Shown here: positions 20,192 to 29,634 of the stretch, piece after piece
Layout of the letters: the number at the start of each line of letters is the position of its first letter
Position numbering within the stretch: the first letter of the stretch is position 1
Assembly (NCBI GenBank): GCA_046758745.1
Contig: JBHIAV010000001.1
Span: 32,001 to 96,000 of the forward strand
Direction of reading: 5' to 3'
Source: Gemmatimonadota bacterium
Lineage (GTDB): Bacteria > Gemmatimonadota > Gemmatimonadetes > Palauibacterales > Palauibacteraceae
DNA: 64,000 bases
Position numbers and translations under genes: made by a program
The notes under the pieces: generated by a model
What the model saw: only the letters and a program-made list of their open reading frames with translations
Told to the model about the DNA's origin: nothing
The model's database searches: none

Positions 20192-21420
20192 TCGGCGGGC
20201 CGTCCGTCATCGCGGGCCTGGACGTGGGGACCACCAAGACCTGCGCGGTCATTGTGGAAGCGCCCCCGGCATGGAGCGGTGAGGAGGCTCCGACGCGAAT
20301 CCTCGGCGTCGGGCTGGCGCCCACGGAGGGCGTCCGCAACCGCACAGTCACCCGGATCGACGCGGCCACCGAGTCGATCCGGGACGCGGTCCGCGATGCC
20401 GAGCTGATGGCTGGACGGGAGGTGGAGGGGCTCTACGTCGCGGTGGCCGGCGACCACATCGGGATGGGGCGCTCGAACGGCGTCGTGGTCGTGGCCGACG
20501 AGGAGGTCTCGCAGACCGATCTCGACCGGGTGCACGAGGTGGCCCGCGCCGTGGCGCTCCCTGCGGATCGCGAGCTGCTGCACGCGATTCCCTTGGACTA
20601 CGCGGTGGATGGCCTGTGGGGGATCCAGGATCCGCTGGGAATGGCGGCCACCCGCCTCGAGGCGGAGGCCCACATCATCTCCGGCGGGGCGACGCCGTGT
20701 CAGAACCTCCGGAAGGCCGTGGACCGGGCCGGCTATCGGATCGAGGAGCTCGTGCTCGCTCCCCTCGCCAGCCACCTCGCCGTCGTCGCCGAGCCGGAGC
20801 TGGAGGCCGGGGTGGCGCTCGTCGAGTTGGGGGGGTCGGCGACGGACCTGGTCGTCTTCCGGCAGGACCGCCTCCGCCTCCTCGCCTCGATCCCCTGGGG
20901 GGCCATCACGGTCGCCAACGACATCGTGAAGGGCCTCGGTGTCCCGATGGGAGAGGCCGAGCGGCTCAAGGACCGGTATGGGGCCGCCCGGGCCGGACAG
21001 GTCGATCCGGCCGAGAAGATCTCCGTTCCCGGCCCGCTGCCCGGGAGCACGCGCCAGGTCTCCCGCGAGCTGCTGGCTCATATCATCGAGCAGCGCCTGG
21101 ATGAGATCTTCGGTCTCGTCTATCAGGAGCTGGAGGAGGTCGGCCTCCTCGGCGGGCTCCCGGGCGGGCTGGTCCTGTCCGGCGGCGGGGCCTCGCTCCC
21201 GGGCACGGTGGAGCTCGCCCAGGAGGTGTTCAACACCCCGGTACGGCTCGGCGTACCCGGCGAAGGGCTGAACGGACTCGCCGATGCCGTGAGGCGCCCC
21301 AAGTTCGCCACGGCGGTGGGGCTCGCCCTGTACGGCAGACTTCGCGGTCAGGGACGAGGAGGAGGGCTGGCGGGGCGAGCGTTCGCCCGTGTGACGGACT
21401 GGCTCAAGGACTTCTTCTGA
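20188..21420 (+). CDS. ftsA: Cell division protein FtsA
   Basis: GLDVGTTK, ELGGSATD, LSGGGA and a C-terminal amphipathic helix (DWLKDFF). Confidence 0.96.
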   Translation: MIGGPSVIAGLDVGTTKTCAVIVEAPPAWSGEEAPTRILGVGLAPTEGVRNRTVTRIDAATESIRDAVRDAELMAGREVEGLYVAVAGDHIGMGRSNGVVVVADEEVSQTDLDRVHEVARAVALPADRELLHAIPLDYAVDGLWGIQDPLGMAATRLEAEAHIISGGATPCQNLRKAVDRAGYRIEELVLAPLASHLAVVAEPELEAGVALVELGGSATDLVVFRQDRLRLLASIPWGAITVANDIVKGLGVPMGEAERLKDRYGAARAGQVDPAEKISVPGPLPGSTRQVSRELLAHIIEQRLDEIFGLVYQELEEVGLLGGLPGGLVLSGGGASLPGTVELAQEVFNTPVRLGVPGEGLNGLADAVRRPKFATAVGLALYGRLRGQGRGGGLAGRAFARVTDWLKDFF

Positions 21421-21560
21421 GGGTGGGCGCCACCGGGGCGCATGGACGAGAGGGGGCGCCGGCGGGACAAACGGAGCGTCGGGCAACGGATGGTTCGCCG
21501 GAAGGAGCAGATCGGGTGCAGAGAACCACGGTACACCACCAGGAGCGTCAGGAGGAGCAG

Positions 21561-22712
21561 ATGATCTTCGAGTTCGACGATGCCATCGCCCGCAACGCCC
21601 GCATGAAGGTGGTCGGGATCGGCGGTGCGGGAGGAAACGCGGTCAACCGCATGGTCGATGAAAGCCTGGAGGGGGTCGAGTTCGTCGCGATCAACACCGA
21701 CTCTCAGGCTCTCAAGCACTGCCGCGCTCACCTGAAGCTCCAGATCGGGAAGAAGCTCACACGAGGGCTGGGAGCGGGCGCGAGGCCCGAGGTGGGACGC
21801 CAGGCGATCGCCGAGAACGAAGAGGATGTTCGTCAGGCGTTGGACGGGGCCGACCTGGTCTTCCTCACGGCAGGCATGGGGGGCGGCACGGGAACGGGAG
21901 CCGCGCCCCGCGTGGGGCGGCTCGCACGGGAGGTGGGCGCCCTGTGTATCGCGATCGTCACGCGTCCGTTCCACTTCGAGGGGAAGAAGCGGATGCGCCA
22001 TGCCGATCTTGGCCTCAGGGAACTCCGCCGCACGGTCGATACGATGATCGTGGTGCCGAACGAAAGGCTGCTCTCGGTCGTGGGGAAGGGCACCACCTTC
22101 CGGGATGCCCTCAAGACAGCCGACGAAGTGCTCCTGCATGCCACGCAGGGGATCTCGGATCTGATCAGCGTCACCGGCGAGGTGAACGTGGACTTCGCCG
22201 ACGTGCGTACGGTGATGTCCAACCGAGGAGCCGCCCTCATGGGGACCGGTGAGGCGTCCGGCGATACGCGCGCCGTAGACGCGGCGCAGCAGGCGATTTG
22301 CTCTCCGCTCCTGGACAACCTATCGATAAACGGTGCCACGGGAGTGCTGGTGAACATCTCGGGTGGCCCGGACCTTGCCATAGACGAGGTCACGACGATC
22401 AACTCGATCGTGCAGGAGGCGGCGGGGGACGAGGCCGAGATGATCTTCGGTGCGGTGACCGACTCCGCCCTCGAAGGACGCGTGCGGGTCACCGTGATCG
22501 CGACGGGATTCGGAGCGATCGCGGAGGACGAGCTGGAGCCGCTCTCAGCGGTGGTGGACCACTTGGCCCCGGCGTTCACCGGCCCGCAGCTGGTGGTCTT
22601 GAAGGGCCAACAGACCAAGTCGGACGGCGTGGTGGTGCGAAACCGGATCACCCAGCGGACGGTGGTGGAAGATCTGGAGATCCCGACGTTCATCCGGAGG
22701 CAGATGGACTGA
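21561..22712 (+). CDS. ftsZ: Cell division protein FtsZ
   Basis: GIGGAGGNAVNRM, GGGTGTG, NVDFAD and C-terminal LEIPTFIRRQMD; SD GGAGGAG before ATG 21561. Confidence 0.98.
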   Translation: MIFEFDDAIARNARMKVVGIGGAGGNAVNRMVDESLEGVEFVAINTDSQALKHCRAHLKLQIGKKLTRGLGAGARPEVGRQAIAENEEDVRQALDGADLVFLTAGMGGGTGTGAAPRVGRLAREVGALCIAIVTRPFHFEGKKRMRHADLGLRELRRTVDTMIVVPNERLLSVVGKGTTFRDALKTADEVLLHATQGISDLISVTGEVNVDFADVRTVMSNRGAALMGTGEASGDTRAVDAAQQAICSPLLDNLSINGATGVLVNISGGPDLAIDEVTTINSIVQEAAGDEAEMIFGAVTDSALEGRVRVTVIATGFGAIAEDELEPLSAVVDHLAPAFTGPQLVVLKGQQTKSDGVVVRNRITQRTVVEDLEIPTFIRRQMD

Positions 22713-22943
22713 ATCCGGCACCGTGTCGGGGAGCTCGGGTCGCGCCGGCCGGGCTGGCTCAAGCTGGTGGGCCGCGCCGCGAGTCCCGTCTCCCGCCATC
22801 GCCGGTGCCCGCGCGGGGCCGGAGCCGACAACCCGACGACGTGGACGGCCGTGACGCTGACCGACCTGAGACCGAGACCGGATAGACTGCGCGCCAGCCG
22901 CCGCCGCCCGTCAGCGCGGTTCTTCGTCGGCCGCCGCCCGGTC

Positions 22944-24197
22944 ATGGCGTGGGCCGTTGCGGTCGCCGTGGCGCTCGCTCTCCTTTCGGGGCTGCGCTCC
23001 CGCCCCGTCACCCCCGAGGACGTCAAGACCGTCTTCGTCCCCACACCACCGCCCCCGGTCGTCATGTCCGACACCCTGCGGCCCGGCGAGACGCTCGCCG
23101 AGATGCTCGAGGACCACGGCCTCTCGGGTGCGGCGGCACACCGGCTGATCGAGACAATCCGGCCGTTCAAGAAACCCCGCACGCTGCGTCCGGGCGTGGT
23201 CGTCTACTTCAGCGGAGCGGCGGACGAGGCGCCGAGTCGCCTCTACATGGAGCTCAGCCGGGACGAACGACTGGGGCTCGAGGCTGGCGAGACGGGTTGG
23301 GACGCCCGGTACGACTCTGTGCCCGTGAGGGTCGACACCCTGATGCTGGCCGGGCTGATCCGGACCAACTTGTGGGAGTCGGAGCTCTCGGGGGACGTAG
23401 GCAAGCTGGGGGATGAGGAGTTCGCGCAGCTCGTGTGGGGACTCTCCTCCCAGATCTACGCGTGGAAGATCGACTTTTCTCGGGACATTCAGAAGGGCGA
23501 CGGCTTCAGGCTCGCGGTCGAGCGGCGAGTGCGGCCGGATGGTACCGTGCGATCCTTCCGCTTCCTGGCCACCGAGATGCGGAATCGCGGCCGACGCCTT
23601 CCCGCCATTCCTTTTCTCCGTCCGGATGGGCGGCTCGAATACTACGATACGGAAGGCGAATCGCTCCGGGGCGTGTTCCTGCGCGCTCCGCTGGAGTTCC
23701 GCATCACGAGCGGCTTCGCACGCCGGCGGTACCACCCGATCCTCAAGCGCCACCGTCCGCACCTCGGCACGGACTACGGGGCGCCGTACGGCGCCCCGGT
23801 CCAGGCGACGGCTGCCGGTACGGTCACGCGCTCCGGCGTGTGGGGCGGCTACGGCCGCATGATCGAGATCCGGCACACCGGCGGGATCCGGACCCGATAC
23901 GCGCACCTGAGCCGCGTCCGCGTGCGCGCAGGCCAGCGGGTCCGGCAGGGCCAGGTGATCGGGCGCGTGGGAGCCACCGGCCTGGCCACGGCGGCCCACC
24001 TGCACTACGAGTTCCTGCAGAATGGACGGCACCGGAACCCGGCATCCATCGACCTCCCGTCGGCCCCGGCGCTGGAGGAGCGCTATCGCCCCATGTTCGC
24101 CGAGGTGACGGCGGCCGCCCTGGACCTTCTCACGCGCCTGCCACTCCCCGAGCTACCGCAAGGGCCGCCGCCCGCCGACCGGCGCTTCGCCGACTGA
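22944..24197 (+). CDS. M23 family metallo-endopeptidase (MepM-like); start uncertain (22767-22944)
   Basis: HxxxD (HLGTD), GYGRMIEIRH, YAHLS and HxH (HLH); N-terminal hydrophobic segment. Confidence 0.9.
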   Translation: MAWAVAVAVALALLSGLRSRPVTPEDVKTVFVPTPPPPVVMSDTLRPGETLAEMLEDHGLSGAAAHRLIETIRPFKKPRTLRPGVVVYFSGAADEAPSRLYMELSRDERLGLEAGETGWDARYDSVPVRVDTLMLAGLIRTNLWESELSGDVGKLGDEEFAQLVWGLSSQIYAWKIDFSRDIQKGDGFRLAVERRVRPDGTVRSFRFLATEMRNRGRRLPAIPFLRPDGRLEYYDTEGESLRGVFLRAPLEFRITSGFARRRYHPILKRHRPHLGTDYGAPYGAPVQATAAGTVTRSGVWGGYGRMIEIRHTGGIRTRYAHLSRVRVRAGQRVRQGQVIGRVGATGLATAAHLHYEFLQNGRHRNPASIDLPSAPALEERYRPMFAEVTAAALDLLTRLPLPELPQGPPPADRRFAD

Positions 24198-24317
24198 GAC
24201 TCGCCGTGCCGGCGGCGGTGCGGCACTCCGCCATCGTCGCCGGGTTCTTCGATACATGACGGCTGACCATCGTCCCTTGCGGATCGCCCCGGCCGGCCCA
24301 GTTCCACGCACGCGTCG

Positions 24318-26264
24318 ATGAGCGACGCCGTGTGGCTGACCGCGGCGGCCCTGGGCGGTGCGGCCGTGGGTGTGTGGTGGTACGCGGCTCGCGAGGAACG
24401 GGTGCGCGGCCGAGCGCTCGCGGCCGTTCTGCGCGCGCTCGCGGTGGCCCTCCTCATCGGCGGGCTCCGGCTGCCCCCGCTGGCCGTCCGGGGGGAGGCG
24501 GATCGCGGGCCCGTCGTGTTGCTGGACGTGTCCCGCAGCATGGCGCTCCCCGCGGTGCCGGGAGGCCCGTCGCGCCTCGACTCCGCGCGGAGCCGGCTCT
24601 CCGCCCTGCGTCCCCGGAGCGTGATCCTGTTCGGAGACGAGCCGGTGGCGGTTACGCCGGATTCGGCGTTCCTCGCCCGCCCGTCGGGTCGTGCCTCGCG
24701 TCTCGTGCCGGCGCTCTCCGTGGCGAGCGGGCAAGGAGCCGCCGACGTCATCGTCCTCACCGATGGAGAGTGGGACGATTACTGGGAGGCACGGGCGGAG
24801 GCTGAGCGCCTCGGGCTCCACGTGGTGGAGATCCGCGTCGCCGCTCCGGTCGCCAGAGTCGGCGTGGCGACAGTCACGGCTCCCTCCCGTGCGCGTGCCG
24901 GGGACACGGCGGAAGTCTTCGCCGAGCTCGTCGCTGCGGGCGAGCCCTCCGCGCTCCCCGACACCGTCGAGCTCGGCCTATCCACCGCCGGACGGGAGGT
25001 GACCCGGGCGCGGACGCCGGTCCCGGCGCCCGGTCGAACGGCGCGAGTCGCCCTCCGCTTCCTGCCGGCCCAGCCTGCAGCGACCGACGAGTGGCGGGCG
25101 TACGAGGTCTCGTTGATGCCAGAGGCGGATCCGTACGGGGCCGCCGATCGCCGCCGCGTGTGGATGGAGGTGTCGCGCGGCACCCGGGGTGCGATCGTCA
25201 TCTCGCTCGACCCGGACTGGGAAAGCCGCTTTCTCCTCCCCGTGCTGGAGGGTGCGGCCGTAGGCGGTGCGAGGGCGTACCTGCAAATGTCGCCGGATCG
25301 GTTCGTTCTCGCCGGCCCGGAGCCGCAAGCGGTTCTTTCCGCCACGCGCGTGCAGCGGGAGGCGCGTCTGGCGGATCTCCTCGTCGTCCAGGGCGCGCCG
25401 GCTTCGCTCCCCGACTGGTTGGCGACTCTCCTCGCCACCCACGACCGGGTCCTCCACCTACCGCGCGGCGGAGGCGCGGTGCCCGGAACGCCGATTCACG
25501 TCGTGGAGGCGATGGGCGGCGACTGGTACCCCTCCGGCGAGCTTCCTGCGAGCCCGATCTCCGCCTTTTTCGCCGGCATCGCCGCCGAGGAGCTGCCGCC
25601 GGTGGGTGGGCTGTTCTCCGTGACCGGGCCGTCGGAGTGGACGCCTCTCCTCGCGCGGCGGGACCGCCTGGGCCCCGCGCGCCCGGTTCTGGTGGCCGGC
25701 GGGGCGGAGGGCCGGCGGTGGGCCGTCGCCGCCGCCTCCGGCCTGTGGCGGTGGGCGTTTCGTGACGGAATGTCCCGACAGGCCTACCGGGCCCTCTTCG
25801 GGGGCGTGGCGGGATGGCTGCTGGAGTTCCGGGCCGGCCGGCCCGTAGAGCTGGAGCGGGACCCGCCGCCGGCGGGCGAACCGCTCGGTTGGAGAGTCCG
25901 GCCACGGGTGCGCGACCTGGCCCTGGCAGTGTACGATTCGGCGGATGGACCGGTGTGGGCGGACACCATCTCCGCTCCGGAGGGACGGGTGGCCGGGCCG
26001 GCGCTACCCGACGGACCGGCCCGCTTCGTGGCGACCGGGAGGGGGCCGCAGGGGGAGTTCCGGGTCGAACGTCCGTTCGACGTCGGCGACGCCGGAGGAG
26101 AGCTCCGCCCGCGGGAGACCTTCGAGCCGCTTCGCGTGGGGAGCGGCGGTGCGGCTGATCGTGGAGAGCGCTCGGCCCGGCCGCGGCCGGTATGGCCTTT
26201 CGCCCTGGCGACCCTCCTCCTGTGCGGCGAGTGGGCCTGGCGGCGGCGAATCGGGCTCCGATGA
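24318..26264 (+). CDS. Membrane protein with a vWA/MIDAS-like domain
   Basis: Two N-terminal TMs, LLDVSRSM (DxSxS), VIVLTDG and a C-terminal TM ending EWAWRRRIGL. Confidence 0.75.
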   Translation: MSDAVWLTAAALGGAAVGVWWYAAREERVRGRALAAVLRALAVALLIGGLRLPPLAVRGEADRGPVVLLDVSRSMALPAVPGGPSRLDSARSRLSALRPRSVILFGDEPVAVTPDSAFLARPSGRASRLVPALSVASGQGAADVIVLTDGEWDDYWEARAEAERLGLHVVEIRVAAPVARVGVATVTAPSRARAGDTAEVFAELVAAGEPSALPDTVELGLSTAGREVTRARTPVPAPGRTARVALRFLPAQPAATDEWRAYEVSLMPEADPYGAADRRRVWMEVSRGTRGAIVISLDPDWESRFLLPVLEGAAVGGARAYLQMSPDRFVLAGPEPQAVLSATRVQREARLADLLVVQGAPASLPDWLATLLATHDRVLHLPRGGGAVPGTPIHVVEAMGGDWYPSGELPASPISAFFAGIAAEELPPVGGLFSVTGPSEWTPLLARRDRLGPARPVLVAGGAEGRRWAVAAASGLWRWAFRDGMSRQAYRALFGGVAGWLLEFRAGRPVELERDPPPAGEPLGWRVRPRVRDLALAVYDSADGPVWADTISAPEGRVAGPALPDGPARFVATGRGPQGEFRVERPFDVGDAGGELRPRETFEPLRVGSGGAADRGERSARPRPVWPFALATLLLCGEWAWRRRIGLR

Positions 26265-26314
26265 GCGGTCGGGCCGTGGCCGGTTGTGACCACGGCCTGG
26301 CCCCGGCGATTTTG

Positions 26315-26371
26315 GCTCCCGCGTATCATGCTGGCCCGGCTCCCGCGTACCATGCTGGCCCCGCTCCCGCG
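26315..26371 (+). repeat. 24-bp tandem duplication (about 2.4 copies) upstream of ftsY
   Basis: GCTCCCGCGTATCATGCTGGCCCG / GCTCCCGCGTACCATGCTGGCCCC / GCTCCCGCG. Confidence 0.9.
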
Positions 26372-26472
26372 CGGCGGTGGTGACGGCGTGGCTCCCGCGA
26401 TGACGGCGGCTCGCCGGTGGGCGCGGCGCGGCCACCGGCGGGGACCGGCCGAGGCACTTCAGAGAGCGTGAG

Positions 26473-27414
26473 TTGGCTGAAGAGAAGGGACTCGACCTGA
26501 GATCGAACCGTCCGCGCCGCTCGCTGTGGCAGAGGATCGTGGACGTGGCGCTCACGGACGTCACCGTCCTCGTACGGGGGATCGACGCCGAGGCCATCGC
26601 GCGGCTCGAGCAGGTGCTGCTCGAGGCCGACTTCGGTGTGGAGGCCTCCCTCGAGCTTGTCTCGGAGCTGGAGAGGGCGGCGCACAGGGGCCAAGTCTCG
26701 ACGGAAGCGCAGCTCCGGGAGCTGCTGGGGCGGAAGATCTCCTCCATTCTCGCGGCCGCGGCGGACGGCGCGAGCCCACCGGCCGAGCCGGCGGGAGATC
26801 CCCGTGTGACGCTGCTGCTCGGGGTCAATGGGACTGGCAAGACCACCTCGGCCGCGAAGCTCGCCCGGCACTATGCCAAGCGCGACGGCCGGGTGCTTCT
26901 GGCGGCTACGGACACCTTCCGGAGCGGCGCGCAGGCGCAGCTCCGCATCTGGGCGGAGCGCGTGGGAGCCGACTTCGTCGGCGGGCAGGCGGGAGCGGAT
27001 CCGGCTTCGGTCGCATACGACGCGGCCCAGGCGGCCAGCGCTCGCGGTATCCGCCGGCTCATCGTGGACACGGCTGGCCGCCTTCACACGCAGCGGGGAC
27101 TGATGGAGGAGCTGAAGAAGATCGACCGCGTCCTCGCGCGGCTCATCGGCGGGGCGCCGCACGAGCGCCTCCTCGTGGTGGATGCCACCTCGGGGCAGAA
27201 CGTGCTCAGCCAGGCGCGCGAGTTCGGCGGCTCCCTGCCGCTCAACGGGCTCTTCCTCGCAAAGTTCGACAGCACGGCGCGCGGCGGCACCGCCGTCGCG
27301 GTGGCTCGCGAGCTTTCGGTGCCGGTGCGCTGGCTCGGCACGGGCGAGAGCGCGGAGGCTCTCGAGCCGTTCGACATCGACCGGTACGTGAGCAGGCTTC
27401 TGTCGACCGGATGA
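26473..27414 (+). CDS. ftsY: SRP receptor FtsY
   Basis: GVNGTGKTTS, DTFR, DTAGRLHT, DATSGQN, KFDSTARGG. Confidence 0.96.
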   Translation: MAEEKGLDLRSNRPRRSLWQRIVDVALTDVTVLVRGIDAEAIARLEQVLLEADFGVEASLELVSELERAAHRGQVSTEAQLRELLGRKISSILAAAADGASPPAEPAGDPRVTLLLGVNGTGKTTSAAKLARHYAKRDGRVLLAATDTFRSGAQAQLRIWAERVGADFVGGQAGADPASVAYDAAQAASARGIRRLIVDTAGRLHTQRGLMEELKKIDRVLARLIGGAPHERLLVVDATSGQNVLSQAREFGGSLPLNGLFLAKFDSTARGGTAVAVARELSVPVRWLGTGESAEALEPFDIDRYVSRLLSTG

Positions 27415-29483
27415 GCGACCGCCGCTCCCTGCTGTATCGGCCCGCGCAGTATCTGAGAGGAGTGGGCCCGCGCCGGGCGGAGCTTCTTGAGCGCCTCGGC
27501 GTGCATACCGGGCGGGACCTCCTGTACCACCTGCCGCATCGCTACGAGGACGCCACCACCGTCGCCCCGATCGGCTCCCTCCAGCCCGGCGACGACGCGA
27601 CCGTCATCGGCCACGTCATCTCGAAGGGGATCCTCCCGACCCGCCGCGGCCTTCGCATCTTCCGGGCGGTGCTCCGGGACGAGTCGGGGCTCATCGAGTG
27701 CGCCTGGCCCGGCCAACCGTGGCTCGACCGAACGGTCGCTCGTGGCGACGTCCTCCTCGTCTCGGGACCCGTCCGCTTCTTCCACGGGCGGCAGCTCCAG
27801 CCGCGAGAGCACACGATCCTCGCCTCGGCGGAGGAGGAAGCGGAGCGAACGGGACGCGTCTTCCCCATCTATCCCGCCACCGAGGGACTCACCCACCGGC
27901 AGATCCGGCGCATCGTCGAGTCGAACCTGGATACCCTCCTCCGCGAGGTGCGCGAGACGTTGCCGGAGAGTTGGCTGACCGACCTCTCCCTGCCGCCGCT
28001 CCCCGATGCGCTCCGGGCTCTCCACCGGCCCGAGCGTCTCTCCGATGTAGAACCGGCGCGCCGCCGGCTCGCCTTCGAGGAGCTCTTCTTCCTACAGCTC
28101 CTCCACGCGCGCGCCCGCGAGCGTCTGCGCCGAGAGGCTCCCGGTCACCCGATGCGGGCGGCTCCCCGGCTGAGCTCGGCCTTTCTCGCGTCCCTGCCGT
28201 TCCGCCTCACCGCGGCTCAGCGGCGCGTGTGGGCGGAGATCGAGGAGGACATGGCGAGCGCCGCAAGGATGTACCGGCTTCTCCAGGGAGACGTCGGGAG
28301 CGGCAAGACGGTGGTGGCCATCGCCGCGATGCTCAAGGCGGTCGAGTGCGGCCACCAGGCCGCGCTGATGGCACCGACAGAGCTCCTCGCCGAGCAGCAC
28401 CTGCGCACGCTCCGAGAGCACGTGTGCGCGCTCGGTCTCGAGCCCGAGCTTCTCACGGGCTCGGTACAGGGACCCTCGCGCGAGCGGCTCCTCCAGCGGG
28501 TGCGTGAGGGCGACGCCCGGCTGGTCGTCGGGACGCACGCCCTGATCCAGGAGGGGGTTTCGTTCCGTTCCCTCGGTCTCGTGGTGGTGGACGAGCAACA
28601 TCGTTTCGGCGTCGACCAGCGCCGGTTGATGCGTGACGCGGGGAGAGCGGCGGACACACTGGTGATGTCCGCCACGCCGATTCCGCGCTCCCTCGCGCTC
28701 ACGCTGTACGGGGATCTGGATCTCTCGGTGATCGATGAGTTGCCTCCCGGGCGGCGGCCGGTGGTCACGGGCATCCGTGGTCCCGAGAGCCGGGAGGTGG
28801 CGTTCGAGTTCGTACGGGAGCAGCTGTGTGCCGGGCGTCAGGCGTATGCGGTGTACCCGCTGATCGAGCAGTCGGAGGCGATCGACGCTCGCGCCGCCGC
28901 CGCCATGCACGAGGCGCACGTCAAGCGCTTCCCGGAGTTCCGCGTCGGCCTCCTGCACGGGCGGCTCAAGCCGGCGGAGAAAGAGGAGATCATGCGCCGC
29001 TTCCTGGCCGGCGAGATCGACCTCCTCGTCACCACGAGCGTCGTAGAGGTGGGGATCGACGTACCCAACGCCACGATCATGATGATCGAAGACGCGGAGC
29101 GCTTCGGGCTTGCCCAACTGCACCAGCTGCGCGGGCGTGTGGGCCGTGGCGCCGAGCAGAGTTACTGCGTGGCGTTCTTCTCCGGCGAGGAACCTCCCGA
29201 GCGCCTGCGGGCCTTCGCGTCGACGACGGACGGCTTCGTCCTGGCGCGGGAGGACCTTCGCCTGCGCGGAGAAGGCAACCTCTTCGGTCTCGAGCAGCAC
29301 GGAGCACCCCAGCTTCGCTTCGCCGACCTGGCGGGGGACGCGGCCCTCCTCGAGGTGGCGCGGCGACGCGCTCGAGCGATCGTCGCCGAGGACCCCGAGC
29401 TGGGTCGGTTGCCTCACCGCCGTTTCGCCCGTGAGCTGGCCGAGCGTTACGCGAGGCACGAGGCGCTGTACGGGATCGGATGA
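27411..29483 (+). CDS. recG: ATP-dependent DNA helicase RecG
   Basis: LRGVGP, QGDVGSGKT, DEQHRFGV, SATPIPRS, QLRGRVGRG. Confidence 0.97.
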   Translation: MSDRRSLLYRPAQYLRGVGPRRAELLERLGVHTGRDLLYHLPHRYEDATTVAPIGSLQPGDDATVIGHVISKGILPTRRGLRIFRAVLRDESGLIECAWPGQPWLDRTVARGDVLLVSGPVRFFHGRQLQPREHTILASAEEEAERTGRVFPIYPATEGLTHRQIRRIVESNLDTLLREVRETLPESWLTDLSLPPLPDALRALHRPERLSDVEPARRRLAFEELFFLQLLHARARERLRREAPGHPMRAAPRLSSAFLASLPFRLTAAQRRVWAEIEEDMASAARMYRLLQGDVGSGKTVVAIAAMLKAVECGHQAALMAPTELLAEQHLRTLREHVCALGLEPELLTGSVQGPSRERLLQRVREGDARLVVGTHALIQEGVSFRSLGLVVVDEQHRFGVDQRRLMRDAGRAADTLVMSATPIPRSLALTLYGDLDLSVIDELPPGRRPVVTGIRGPESREVAFEFVREQLCAGRQAYAVYPLIEQSEAIDARAAAAMHEAHVKRFPEFRVGLLHGRLKPAEKEEIMRRFLAGEIDLLVTTSVVEVGIDVPNATIMMIEDAERFGLAQLHQLRGRVGRGAEQSYCVAFFSGEEPPERLRAFASTTDGFVLAREDLRLRGEGNLFGLEQHGAPQLRFADLAGDAALLEVARRRARAIVAEDPELGRLPHRRFARELAERYARHEALYGIG

Positions 29484-29536
29484 GGGGGTGGAGCCACCGT
29501 CTCATCGGGGGTCCGCCGGAACACGTGGGCCCGCCG

Positions 29537-29565
29537 TTGACGACTCTCCGCTGCGTGTCTACTCT
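29537..29565 (+). promoter_or_regulatory. Sigma70-type promoter of asnS
   Basis: TTGACG-N17-TACTCT. Confidence 0.65.
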
Positions 29566-29634
29566 CCGCGTCGCCCAGCGCCCCGGGCCGTCCGCCACCC
29601 GGAGCCGCCTTTCCCCGATACGATAACCGAGCCC

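Noticed and set aside
26526..27410. N-terminal extension of RecG (similar cases: 12461 for MurD, 16766 for MurC, 18704 for FtsQ, 29110 for AsnS)
   Set aside because: Stop-poor alternative frames over the upstream gene in high-GC DNA; real starts lie at or after the upstream gene's end
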